64,000 nt of DNA from Kiritimatiellia bacterium (lineage in GTDB: Bacteria; Verrucomicrobiota; Kiritimatiellia; RFP12; UBA1067), in NCBI GenBank assembly GCA_045595285.1, contig JAZOAC010000132.1:456-64455 (forward strand), read 5' to 3'. The position numbers were made by a program, and so were the translations under genes. The notes beneath the pieces are model-generated. The model had not been told where the DNA came from. It searched no databases and saw nothing but the letters and a program-made list of their open reading frames with translations. Of this stretch, positions 1 to 8,636 are shown piece by piece; the first letter of the stretch is position 1, and each line of letters starts with the position of its first letter.

Positions 1-119
1 TTCACCGCCTTGCGTTCAAGACGCACACACTTGCGGAACGTATCCAGCTCCCGCAATTCATCGTTCTTCGATCGCCTCCATGCCCGTGCGCGGGCACACG
101 CAGTCTTAATCAGCCACAT
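1..119 (-). CDS. Possible partial CDS running off the window edge (MWLIKTACARARAWRRSKNDELRELD...)
   Basis: ATG at 119-117 overlaps the stop of 106..834. The frame is open to position 1. Not in the ORF track. Confidence 0.3.
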   Translation of the reverse strand, partial: MWLIKTACARARAWRRSKNDELRELDTFRKCVRLERKAV

Positions 120-834
120 AAGTTTCTTCATTTCTCAACTCCTTCAAATACTTTTCATTCATATTATCATGCCATTTCTTTGTTTCTTGCAACCGTTCCC
201 TTACGCGCTCATCGACTTTACCAAAATGAGGAAACAATTCCCAAACCAATGGATGATCATGACTACCATACTGATTATATACGGTATAGCTGTCGTCTGA
301 ATAATCCCATCCTAATTCCGTTATGTTTCCATATTCCTTTTTTGCCCGCTCAAGGCATGCTTGATAATCTTCCTCGGTGCAAGGGAACCCGTCAATCAAC
401 ACCGGTTCTGCGGAAACTGATGAGACTTCAAAAGCCACGTCCCCTGGTTTAAGCTTCAGCGTTTTTGGATCTCTACCCTTAAATGTCTTCCTACAGGCAG
501 CGTCAAGCAGACTCTCGCATAGGAGTGTGCCATCCGCCAAGTACGCCCTGACCGAATCATATTCGCAGATCATCTTCCCGAAAGAACAGCGGTCAGACTC
601 GACATATCCACCATCAACCGTATGTTCATACAACCAGTATCCGATCGTACGCATTACGCCATCCTTTGCAACTATTCTGCGGATAAACCGCTCCGCTTTC
701 TGGAGCGAACTGTATAAACCCATCGGGTGCTCGGAAACATCATACGTACCGTTTTGACGCTTCGCATACCCATGCTCTAACATTACCAGACGGAACACTT
801 TCATGGCATATCCTTTCACCTTATTATACTGCAC
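106..834 (-). CDS. Hypothetical protein, paralog 2 of a tandem pair
   Basis: Shares IGYWLYEHTVD.GYVESD.CS.GKM.CEYDSVRAYLADG.LLCES and WDY.DDSY.VY...H.HPL.W..FPHFG with 841..1518. Likely start is MKVFRL. Confidence 0.75.
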   Translation of the reverse strand: MQYNKVKGYAMKVFRLVMLEHGYAKRQNGTYDVSEHPMGLYSSLQKAERFIRRIVAKDGVMRTIGYWLYEHTVDGGYVESDRCSFGKMICEYDSVRAYLADGTLLCESLLDAACRKTFKGRDPKTLKLKPGDVAFEVSSVSAEPVLIDGFPCTEEDYQACLERAKKEYGNITELGWDYSDDSYTVYNQYGSHDHPLVWELFPHFGKVDERVRERLQETKKWHDNMNEKYLKELRNEETYVAD

Positions 835-840
835 ACAAAG

Positions 841-1518
841 TCACACTTCGCTTTCCTGTTTCTCGACACATTTTTCCATGCAATCATATTCCGCCTTTAT
901 CTTCTGCAAACGCTTCAGCACCCGCTTGTTGACATTTCCAAAATGCGGAAAGACCGTCCAAGCCAATGGATGGGCATGTTCTCTGTCTTGCTTGTATACC
1001 AGATAGCTGTCATCCGTATAATCCCAAAACAGATTCTCAATCTCATATTCCTTTTTGGCGGCCACTTTCTCCTTTCGATAATCGTCTTTTGTTGGCGGAC
1101 ATTTTCCAACCAGAACGGGTTCTGCGCGTTCACGGCCAACCAAGAAGGCTACATCACCACATTTGAGCTTCAACGTTTCAGAATCGCGTCCTTTGAACGG
1201 CTTCACTCCGGCTTCATCAAACGAACTCTCGCACAAAAGACTTCCATCCGCCAAATACGCCCTGACCGAATCATATTCACAAACCATCTTCCCGGAAGAA
1301 CAGCTGTCAGACTCGACATACCCGTCATCAACCGTATGTTCATACAGCCAGTATCCGATCGTGTGTTTCATTCCTTCCTGCGCAATGATTTCGCGAATGA
1401 CCTTCTCCGCACTACTGACCGAACCATACATCCCGGCAAAATAGACTGAGACATCATACGAACCATCTTTATTCTTCGCGTACCAATTCCGTATATGTTT
1501 TAAACTGAACACTTTCAT
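841..1518 (-). CDS. Hypothetical protein, paralog 1 of a tandem pair
   Basis: Clear paralog of 106..834 with tight spacing in the operon. Confidence 0.75.
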   Translation of the reverse strand: MKVFSLKHIRNWYAKNKDGSYDVSVYFAGMYGSVSSAEKVIREIIAQEGMKHTIGYWLYEHTVDDGYVESDSCSSGKMVCEYDSVRAYLADGSLLCESSFDEAGVKPFKGRDSETLKLKCGDVAFLVGRERAEPVLVGKCPPTKDDYRKEKVAAKKEYEIENLFWDYTDDSYLVYKQDREHAHPLAWTVFPHFGNVNKRVLKRLQKIKAEYDCMEKCVEKQESEV

Positions 1519-1521
1519 ATC

Positions 1522-2151
1522 TCAATCTCTTACGTCATGTCTTTCATTATTTTCAGCTTGGTACCAGCAACAATCTTTTGTATCGACTAAAAAACCAGTC
1601 CCGTCTTTCAATAAAGTTTCTATATTTTCTATCTTCCATTTATTATCGCAGAAGTTTGCGATAACAACCTGTACCTTTCCACTACATAAATTTTCCTCTT
1701 TACACAAGGAATATAAAAACTCAACAGCTTCCTTGTAATATTTTGTCAATCTGGAGATAATCAATAGCACGCCATTAGAAACATCATACAAATTCATATA
1801 CTCCCGAAGTTGCACAACGCCATTAAATATTTCGTAATCATTGTTCTTATGTAATATTTTCACCTCTATCAATGACGCTATTTTATCGTTCTTAACAAAA
1901 AAAAAACCATCAGGACGTGCATATGACTTTCTTGCATGTTTGGGGTAATTATGACATAGATGAAGCCGAGGCTTTAAAATAATCTCTTTAGCGTCTTTAA
2001 ATTGTTTTTCTCCTTTGATACATCCATTCCTTAAATGCCCCTTCTTAAAGATTACGTCCTTAATATCCTCTTCTTCCTCAGATGAACAATATTGATTCTT
2101 AAAATTAGGGTGATTAGTTAAATAATCTATAAGGCTTTCAGCAAAATTCAT
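1522..2151 (-). CDS. PD-(D/E)xK restriction-endonuclease-like protein
   Basis: Motifs RPDG...LIEVK...GVVQLREYM (PD, ExK, QxxxY). AT-rich. Confidence 0.65.
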   Translation of the reverse strand: MNFAESLIDYLTNHPNFKNQYCSSEEEEDIKDVIFKKGHLRNGCIKGEKQFKDAKEIILKPRLHLCHNYPKHARKSYARPDGFFFVKNDKIASLIEVKILHKNNDYEIFNGVVQLREYMNLYDVSNGVLLIISRLTKYYKEAVEFLYSLCKEENLCSGKVQVVIANFCDNKWKIENIETLLKDGTGFLVDTKDCCWYQAENNERHDVRD

Positions 2152-2152
2152 T

Positions 2153-2944
2153 TTATACCTCCCCTATTTTCAATTTAAATTCCTTTATAGCCTCGATTGC
2201 CGGTCCATATCCTTGATCCGCCGCTTTTTGCAACCATTTTCTTGCATATGTCACACTAAGCTTAAACCCATTTTCACCATAATAAAAATTCTTGCCCACT
2301 ACATATTGCGCATATGCAATCCCATCTTTTGCCAAATTAAGCATCTCTTGGGAGTCTCGACAAAACTCCAACCTATTGATTGGATTCCCTGTTCTCGATT
2401 TATTTAATTCCTCTAATTGCTCCAGAGCCTTCTCATATCCTTGTTCAGCCGATTGCTCAATCCACTTTCTTCTTTCATAAGCGTTTTCGCAACACATGCC
2501 ATAATTATACTGAGCCCTCATATCCCCAGATTCTGCGGCTTGCTTCCATTTCTCAAAATAAATTGAACGGTCTGGCACTTTGTCATAATCTGGAAGCGAC
2601 TCTCTTTCACGGACAGCTCTTTTGGCCTCGCGTTCAGCCTCCAGTTTCTCCATCTCCGCCTTTTGTGCAACCGCGCGCTCTGCGGCTATTCGATTTCTTG
2701 TATCCTCTATTTGTTTTCGGTCCAACCCCATAATCCCAATAATGGCGTCAATCAATTCATCATCAGAGGACTTTTTGTCAAGGGCCTTGATCCGATTGGC
2801 AACATCATCTTCACCCACTTCTTCAAGCCATTCGCTCAACGAATCGTCCCTGAATTGATCCAGAATCTCTGTGTCATTAAAATTCTGTTCTATCTTCTTA
2901 GGATTAAAATTATGGATTGAAATTCCGTTTAAAGCAAACCTCAT
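2153..2944 (-). CDS. Sel1-like repeat protein with helical N-terminal domain
   Basis: AAESGDMRAQYNYG, EQSAEQGYEKA, AQYVVGKNFYYGENG...WLQKAADQGYGPA. Confidence 0.8.
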   Translation of the reverse strand: MRFALNGISIHNFNPKKIEQNFNDTEILDQFRDDSLSEWLEEVGEDDVANRIKALDKKSSDDELIDAIIGIMGLDRKQIEDTRNRIAAERAVAQKAEMEKLEAEREAKRAVRERESLPDYDKVPDRSIYFEKWKQAAESGDMRAQYNYGMCCENAYERRKWIEQSAEQGYEKALEQLEELNKSRTGNPINRLEFCRDSQEMLNLAKDGIAYAQYVVGKNFYYGENGFKLSVTYARKWLQKAADQGYGPAIEAIKEFKLKIGEV

Positions 2945-2956
2945 AATAATTTCCTT

Positions 2957-4537
2957 TCACGAAGCGGATCTAGCATCCAACTCATTCAGTTTCTTCATCA
3001 TCTTATCAAGTTTCTCTTTTTGCGAATGATAACTTGAACGTGTATCTTTTATCACATCCATCAATATGGAAGCCGAAAGTTTTTCCCATTGCTCTTTTTT
3101 ATCCAACCCGTATTTACCAACATTGTAATTAAAAACCCGTTTCATCGCCTCCTTGACAATGCTTTCAATATCAGCACCAGAATAATTTTCCGTATTCTTC
3201 AGTTCGGACACAACCTTTCCCAATTCATCGGGAAGTTCATTGTTATTTCTTCGCCTGATATGAAGTTCTAAAATCTGGCGACGCTCTGCCGCATCCGGAT
3301 ATTTCACTTGGAATATCTCATCAAATCTCCCACGACGCAAGAATTCGGGCGGCAGCTTATCAATGTTGTTGGCCGTCGCAACGACATATATGTTTGACGT
3401 TTTCTCCTGCATCCATGTAAGGAAAATACCGAACATCCTCGTCATTGAACTGCCGCCTCCGCCTTCGTCACCAATGCCGGAAAACGCCTTTTCTATTTCA
3501 TCAATCCACAAAACACATGGGGCGGCCGCTTCGGCGACAGATATTGCACGATGAAGATTTCCCTCACTTTCTCCCACATACTTTCCCATCAGCCGTCCTA
3601 CGTCCAATTTCAAGAGAGGAATTTCGAATTCCTTGGCAATTGTCTTGGCCATTAAGCTTTTCCCGCAGCCCGGCATGCCGACTATCATGATTCCAGCCGG
3701 TGCATCCACTCCATACTCTCGCGCCAACCCGGGATTCTGAAATATTGTTTTATTCGCGGCTATAAAATCGCGGAGTTTTCCAAGACCCCCTACTTCCCCA
3801 ATCGCATCTGTTTCTATCAATTCCAACAAACCGCTCTTTGAAATCAGCTGACGTTTTTCTTCATGCACCAACGAAAGATCATTACGGTTGAGTTTTTTGT
3901 CTTCAAGTGCCAAATCAAGTATCTGCCGTATTTCAAACTCTGAAAGTCCCAACAACGCTGTCACAAGCTCCGTACGAGAATCTGGATCAACTTTTGCAGA
4001 TTCCGATGCCACCACCTCGTCAATAATCTTACCGATAGCCTCTCTGTCAGGAGATTTCATCTCGACAACCGTAATCAGTTTTTCGAGTTCTGGGGGGATT
4101 CTCAATTGGGAATCGACAATGACAATCTGTACCCGATATTTATTGCCCGACTGCTCCTGTGCGACTTTCAATCGCCATGCTATTGTCTGAAGCAATGAGC
4201 AGACTCGTGGATTTGAAAGCGACTCATGAACTTCTCGCAATATCAGCAAATAATTATTCCTGTCATCATTCAGTTGCGACGTATTGAATTTCTCAAGAAA
4301 CTCCTCCAAAGTACATCTGCATCTTGGGTTTCGCGGTGATTTGGTCTTGAAAGATATCCAGCCTCCCGCCTCTGAATATTCTTCTATGCGACATACCTTA
4401 TCACCGCCCATACCAGGCACGCCAGACTTAGACAACAAAACATCAACTGATTTGAAGTCAAAATTTGGGATATAGATTATCGGCCGACGAGCCGCAAGAT
4501 AATCCTCTAAACACATTCCTGATGATTTGCTATTCAT
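2957..4537 (-). CDS. AAA+ ATPase, Ycf46-like (degenerate N-terminal AAA-like domain plus active AAA domain)
   Basis: Walker A GMPGCGKS, Walker B LWIDEIEKAF, sensor/R-finger ATANNIDKLPPEFLRRGRFDEIF, LKLDVGRLMGKYVGESE. Confidence 0.9.
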   Translation of the reverse strand: MNSKSSGMCLEDYLAARRPIIYIPNFDFKSVDVLLSKSGVPGMGGDKVCRIEEYSEAGGWISFKTKSPRNPRCRCTLEEFLEKFNTSQLNDDRNNYLLILREVHESLSNPRVCSLLQTIAWRLKVAQEQSGNKYRVQIVIVDSQLRIPPELEKLITVVEMKSPDREAIGKIIDEVVASESAKVDPDSRTELVTALLGLSEFEIRQILDLALEDKKLNRNDLSLVHEEKRQLISKSGLLELIETDAIGEVGGLGKLRDFIAANKTIFQNPGLAREYGVDAPAGIMIVGMPGCGKSLMAKTIAKEFEIPLLKLDVGRLMGKYVGESEGNLHRAISVAEAAAPCVLWIDEIEKAFSGIGDEGGGGSSMTRMFGIFLTWMQEKTSNIYVVATANNIDKLPPEFLRRGRFDEIFQVKYPDAAERRQILELHIRRRNNNELPDELGKVVSELKNTENYSGADIESIVKEAMKRVFNYNVGKYGLDKKEQWEKLSASILMDVIKDTRSSYHSQKEKLDKMMKKLNELDARSAS

Positions 4538-4543
4538 TTCTTT

Positions 4544-5101
4544 TCACCCCAATGCAACTGCCTTTTTAAGAAGGCTTAGCCCTATCTCGCCAATTTTTCT
4601 TACTGCAGATTGATAAAATGCTCTCGCTTTAGATACTATCTTCCTTGTCCCTATTTTAATCGCTTTATGCACTGATGGATTCCTTACCATTCGCCTCCCT
4701 AATGCTTCACCCGTGCACTTCCCCAGTTCTACAATTTTCGGATTGCCATGACTGGTTAACGCCCCTAATGCTCCGCCAATTGCGCCGCATGTCTTTATGG
4801 CCACCTTTTCAATGATGGATACAAGGACAACGGCCTTCCTGTCAGAGACTTCATCAATAGCATCCTCTTCACTTATCTTCCCTTCTCCTACTTGATATTC
4901 CTTGTTTTTTTGAAAAAGAGCGTTGTCGGAGGAAATCGCCGCGTCTCGAGGATCTATTTCCTTATCAATCAGCAAAATCGCAAGAGACGCAATTTTTCGT
5001 GCGACATCAAACTTATCGGAAGAAGTAGGATCCGAAATGGCTTCAACCATAAAGTCTGTCATTTTAAGTGGTGATGGAGCAATAACAGTTTCCATGTTCA
5101 T
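4544..5101 (-). CDS. Hypothetical protein with a glycine-zipper-like hydrophobic segment
   Basis: CGAIGGALGALT...GEALG followed by a basic amphipathic C-terminal helix. Lies 2 nt from the upstream stop and 6 nt from the ATPase start. Confidence 0.65.
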   Translation of the reverse strand: MNMETVIAPSPLKMTDFMVEAISDPTSSDKFDVARKIASLAILLIDKEIDPRDAAISSDNALFQKNKEYQVGEGKISEEDAIDEVSDRKAVVLVSIIEKVAIKTCGAIGGALGALTSHGNPKIVELGKCTGEALGRRMVRNPSVHKAIKIGTRKIVSKARAFYQSAVRKIGEIGLSLLKKAVALG

Positions 5102-5103
5102 CT

Positions 5104-5541
5104 TTAAGCCTCCTCTTCTTCCATAAAGGATTTAATAGTTGAAACTTCCAAACCTTCGTTTAATGTCCTGATTATTTCAGAAGCTTCAATTCCGTCATAT
5201 GACATTGAGCCTGGATTTTCTGCGCCTAAAGCCTCTGCGGCCTGAACAAGAACTTCTCCGGTCGAATGTCGATCCTCGTTCAAACTTTGATTAGACTGAA
5301 CAACACAATCAATTCGTCTTCTTAACCACTCCTCGCGATTCCCATTCTTTTTCGCTTCCTGAAGGTTCTGATAATTCGTATCAATATCAGAAAGTGTTTG
5401 TACAATTTCGTCTGCGCACTTCTGCCCATCATCACGAGCTTCTGACAATTTTTTTGCCAAAAAGTCATTAATTTCGAGTCCAGAGTCTTTAAACTCATTC
5501 ATTAACTCGCTTATCTTGTTATCGAGTTCTATTGCCTGCAT
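5104..5541 (-). CDS. Hypothetical alpha-helical acidic protein
   Basis: Open 145-aa frame with an SD-like GGTGG upstream, operon-coupled. Confidence 0.65.
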   Translation of the reverse strand: MQAIELDNKISELMNEFKDSGLEINDFLAKKLSEARDDGQKCADEIVQTLSDIDTNYQNLQEAKKNGNREEWLRRRIDCVVQSNQSLNEDRHSTGEVLVQAAEALGAENPGSMSYDGIEASEIIRTLNEGLEVSTIKSFMEEEEA

Positions 5542-5559
5542 CTCCCACCACCTTTCTTT

Positions 5560-5763
5560 TTAAATCTTTTCCCAACGGGTCCATTTCGGGCAAGACGAAC
5601 CTGCGGATGCGGCACTACCGTTTTTGACATCACACCTTGCCATCATGTCGCCTACTTTGACATAGATCGGTCTGTTGCCGCCCGCAAAGTCAACCATCCG
5701 TACGCCATTCCACCATCTGCATGTCGCACAGCACCTCTGTTCAATTCTATAATTTGCCGCCAT
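5560..5763 (-). CDS. Small Cys-rich protein (possible metal-binding)
   Basis: CCATCRWW...C...CPKWTRW pattern. GAGGAGAGAGAA upstream. First gene of the operon. Confidence 0.6.
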   Translation of the reverse strand: MAANYRIEQRCCATCRWWNGVRMVDFAGGNRPIYVKVGDMMARCDVKNGSAASAGSSCPKWTRWEKI

Positions 5764-5894
5764 TTCTCTCTCCTCGTTCGCGCCGTTTGTTCAACGCAAT
5801 CTCATCGGCGCAAAGAATGAGATATGCGGTCATTTCTTCACTGCTCCGCAGTCAAACACGAATCAAGGGTAAAATAAATCCTCTCTTCGTATTC

Positions 5895-6000
5895 CGGTAG
5901 AGGTCGTGAGAATAACCCTGAAGGAAATACAAAGAGAGGAAAACGCACATGCGTTCCTCTGCCAAGTATCGCCCTTCTGAAATTTCTCACGTTTCTACCG
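5895..6000. other. Long imperfect rod-like hairpin (about 106 nt)
   Basis: Nested pairs: cggtaga 5895-5901/tctaccg 5994-6000; cgtgagaa 5905-5912/ttctcacg 5984-5991; gaagg/ccttc; atac/gtat; agagga 5935-5940/tcctct 5955-5960; acgca/tgcgt. Confidence 0.6.
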
Positions 6001-6018
6001 ACGATCGCTTTGCAGCTA

Positions 6019-6094
6019 TGCAAATTGTTATGGTGACGAAGTGGTTGCTCCGTCTATGTCCGTTTTACTGAGTTATTGAGTTCTTCCTTTCATT
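6019..6094. repeat. TA-cassette 3' repeat, copy 1 (block A plus partial block B)
   Basis: tgcaaattgttatggtgacgaagtggttgctccgtctatgtccgttt (6019-6065) is near-identical to 7664-7710. ttcttcctttcatt at 6081-6094 matches block B. Confidence 0.85.
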
Positions 6095-6117
6095 ATTCAG
6101 TTCTTCAGATTTTGAAA

Positions 6118-6486
6118 TCATCCTAACACTTTACGCGCTTGAATATACGCGTCTAAACTTTTCAATTTCGGCAATGTCTCTGGAATAAAATTGACGAAGA
6201 CATCCCAAACATTCGCAAGGTCGATTCCGAAATATTGATGAATCAACACATCCCTGAACCCTGCCATCCCCGTCCAATCGATTTCAGGATGCGACATACG
6301 GAAATCGTCAGACAGATTTTTTGTCGCCTCTCCGGCGATTTCAAAACTTCGAACCACCGCATTGATCAACAATTTACTTTCGACAAAATCAGAATAATCC
6401 TTGCCCGATAGAAAATCAACCACATCCTGTAGTGAATCTGCAATATGCAATATGTATATACCGTCTGTCCGCTCAGTCTTGCTCAT
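6118..6486 (-). CDS. hepT: HepT-like HEPN ribonuclease toxin (DUF86)
   Basis: RX4HXY motif FRDVLIHQYF; AVVRSFEIAGEA; HPEIDW. Overlaps the mntA stop. Confidence 0.9.
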   Translation of the reverse strand: MSKTERTDGIYILHIADSLQDVVDFLSGKDYSDFVESKLLINAVVRSFEIAGEATKNLSDDFRMSHPEIDWTGMAGFRDVLIHQYFGIDLANVWDVFVNFIPETLPKLKSLDAYIQARKVLG

Positions 6487-6773
6487 ATCGCCACCGACTC
6501 CAACAAAACCTGATTCTGTATATACGGATGTATTCCGCGAGTCGAAACAACATCCACCTTTCGACCCAAAAAATCCCGCAATGCATTCATCAAATGGACA
6601 TGAGAAAGAAGCGACGACCCTTCGCCAAATTCAACCAGAAAATCGACGTCGCTCTCCGGCGTTTCCTCTTTACGTGCACACGAACCGAACACCCAAAGCT
6701 TTTCGGCTTTGTGCGCCCTTGCGACAGCGTAAATCTCATCGCGCTTCGCACGTATCTCGTCAAGCATGCACAT
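6483..6773 (-). CDS. mntA: MntA-like minimal nucleotidyltransferase antitoxin
   Basis: FGSCARKEETPESDVDFLV (GSX10DXD) and GRKVDVV. Confidence 0.9.
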   Translation of the reverse strand: MCMLDEIRAKRDEIYAVARAHKAEKLWVFGSCARKEETPESDVDFLVEFGEGSSLLSHVHLMNALRDFLGRKVDVVSTRGIHPYIQNQVLLESVAI

Positions 6774-6829
6774 ACTGCTATTTCATCCTTAAAGCGCCGT
6801 TATTATACTCCTTTTGACTGCATAGCGCA

Positions 6830-6860
6830 ACTCACGCCCTCCGACTCACGCCCTCCGACT
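6830..6860. repeat. 14-bp tandem repeat x2 (actcacgccctccg)
   Basis: Seen directly at 6830-6843 and 6844-6857. Confidence 0.8.
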
Positions 6861-6948
6861 TATCTTTACATTTCGCTAAAATATCCGGGATATTGGACTT
6901 GTCAAGCGATGAAAAGGCGAAACACTTTTTGCCGAGATGGTTGTGTAA

Positions 6949-7030
6949 TGTTGCCAATGTGGTAATGTTGCCAATGTGGTAGTGTTGCCAATGTGGTAGT
7001 GTTGCCAATTGCCAATGTTGCCAATTGCCA
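6949..7030. repeat. 17-bp tandem repeat (tgttgccaatgtggtaR x3 plus tgccaat fragments), 3' flank of the four-helix-bundle gene
   Basis: Units at 6949, 6966 and 6983, with partial units from 7000 to 7030. Confidence 0.9.
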
Positions 7031-7032
7031 TT

Positions 7033-7386
7033 TTAGCCCCCAATCTTTTTCTTCGCCGTTGTCACGCTCGCTGACAGAATGCGGGACAACTCCTTGGATT
7101 CAGCTATTAAGTCACTCAGCCTCGTAATTTCAATATATCCTGATTCTCCAATTAACTTCAACCATATGCGAGTTTCCGATAATTCCTTCATTGCAATCTT
7201 CAGCTTATGCACAAAATCTTTTGAAGATTCTGCCTCACATGCCTCCGCATAATTTGCAGCGATACTTGTTGCAGAGCGAAACATCTGATCTGCAAAATTT
7301 GCACTTCCAACCAATTTGACAGGTAGCAACGCGCAAGTCTTGACGCACTGTGCCGCAAATTTAACAATTCTATCTTCAAGTAACAT
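7033..7386 (-). CDS. Four helix bundle protein (23S rRNA-IVS/bAvd-like family)
   Basis: DQMFRSATSIAANYAEA...ESSKDFVHKLKIAMKELSETRIWL is the canonical family pattern. Confidence 0.92.
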   Translation of the reverse strand: MLLEDRIVKFAAQCVKTCALLPVKLVGSANFADQMFRSATSIAANYAEACEAESSKDFVHKLKIAMKELSETRIWLKLIGESGYIEITRLSDLIAESKELSRILSASVTTAKKKIGG

Positions 7387-7547
7387 TATGCCGCCCTCCC
7401 CATTGGAAATTGGACTTGGGAAGTGGCAACACTATCACATTGGCAACATTTCACTTCATCAAGCATAACCTGAACGCCGCGAATCGTGAAGATTCGCGAA
7501 CGTATCAAATCTGAGTTTGATAATTCCTGTATGGTCAGCTCGTTCAT
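7386..7547 (-). pseudogene. Truncated ORF6N-domain gene (MNELTIQELSNSDLIRSRIFTIRGVQVMLD...)
   Basis: IRSRIFTIRGVQVMLD matches the start of ORF6N. The frame then runs into the inverted repeat and stops in a TAATG overlap with the four-helix-bundle start. TGATATAAT lies at about 7579-7587. Confidence 0.7.
7424..7450. repeat. 27-bp inverted copy of the 6964-6990 repeat
   Basis: The reverse complement aatgttgccaatgtgatagtgttgcca differs from 6964-6990 at one base. Confidence 0.9.
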
Positions 7548-7663
7548 ACCCTATAAGATTACCGCAAGAAACGCTTGAATTATATCATTTTTTGCCACGG
7601 CAATGATCGAGGTCTTAAGAGGTCTTAATAAAATCTGCTCGTGCCCGTACTTTTTATCTCTGT

Positions 7664-7751
7664 TGCAAATTGTTATGGTGACGAAGCGGTTGCTCCGCCT
7701 ATATTCGTTTCAATCAGTCCTCTTTTCTTCCTTTCATTGTCTGGCTGCTGA
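7664..7751. repeat. TA-cassette 3' repeat, copy 2 (blocks A+B)
   Basis: Block A at 7664-7710. Block B caatcagtcctcttttcttcctttcattgtctggctgctga at 7711-7751. Ends 1 nt from the HEPN stop. Confidence 0.9.
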
Positions 7752-7752
7752 C

Positions 7753-8148
7753 TTAAATGAATTCATCCATGTTATCTGGTAATAGAGGTTCTTTTGGCAA
7801 TAATTCAACAATCGGCTTAAGTAACTCATCCAATATTGGCAAATCATAGCTGATTGCATTCCACACAATATCAAGATCGATATTTGCATAGTCATGAACG
7901 AGACGATGTCTAAGCCCCGCCCATCCAGCAAAATCAATCTCAGGATGTTCTGCACAAAAGGCATCCGAAATATTGTTTGCCGCCTCCCCTAAAACCTGCA
8001 AGTTGTAAATAATCAATTCTGTGCAATCATCACCTTCACGCATCATTGAGCGCTCCAAGCCTTCCATTTTAGACTTGATTCGTTCAACTGTACGCATCAT
8101 ATGCAAAAGACGATCCTCGTCTCTATAATTAGCGCCGCCACTTCTCAT
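7753..8148 (-). CDS. hepT: HepT-like HEPN ribonuclease toxin (DUF86), second copy
   Basis: LRHRLVHDY (RX4HXY), LQVLGEAA, HPEIDF. The ATG at 8148 overlaps the mntA TGA. Confidence 0.9.
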   Translation of the reverse strand: MRSGGANYRDEDRLLHMMRTVERIKSKMEGLERSMMREGDDCTELIIYNLQVLGEAANNISDAFCAEHPEIDFAGWAGLRHRLVHDYANIDLDIVWNAISYDLPILDELLKPIVELLPKEPLLPDNMDEFI

Positions 8149-8441
8149 ACAGCAACCGCCTCCCGACAAACTCGATTGGCAAAACGAGGAGAACTGCGCA
8201 AAACACCGGTAGAAACAACATCTACGCTACGTCCGAGAAGCAAAGAACAAAAGTCCTCAATCGCAGCGTAATCTCTATGACTAACATCCTTACCGAACTT
8301 CACCAAAAAATCCACGTCGCTTTCAGGAGTTTCCTCTTTGCGTGCGCACGAACCGAACACCCAAAGCTTTTCGGCTTTGTGCGCCCTTGCGACAGCGTAA
8401 ATCTCATCGCGCTTCGCCCGTATCTCGTCAAGCATACACAT
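8145..8441 (-). CDS. mntA: MntA-like nucleotidyltransferase antitoxin, second copy
   Basis: First 47 aa identical to 6483..6773. C-terminal half divergent. Confidence 0.9.
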   Translation of the reverse strand: MCMLDEIRAKRDEIYAVARAHKAEKLWVFGSCARKEETPESDVDFLVKFGKDVSHRDYAAIEDFCSLLLGRSVDVVSTGVLRSSPRFANRVCREAVAV

Positions 8442-8636
8442 GATTTTTATCTGTAAAACGCCGTTATTATACTTCTTTTCCGCTCTCTACGCAACCGGAA
8501 CAGGCATTGCCAAGGCTGGGGCAGATAGGGCGGAGGCGCGGCGACTTTCGAGGTGGTGCGGCGCATTCTGTTCACCTCTGAAATGCTCAATGCGAGTTTT
8601 ACAGTGTAAATTGCCAATCTCGAGAACCAGACAAAT

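Noticed and set aside
7033-7386. DGR accessory gene avd
   Set aside because: No reverse transcriptase and no TR/VR pair with A-specific mismatches in the window.
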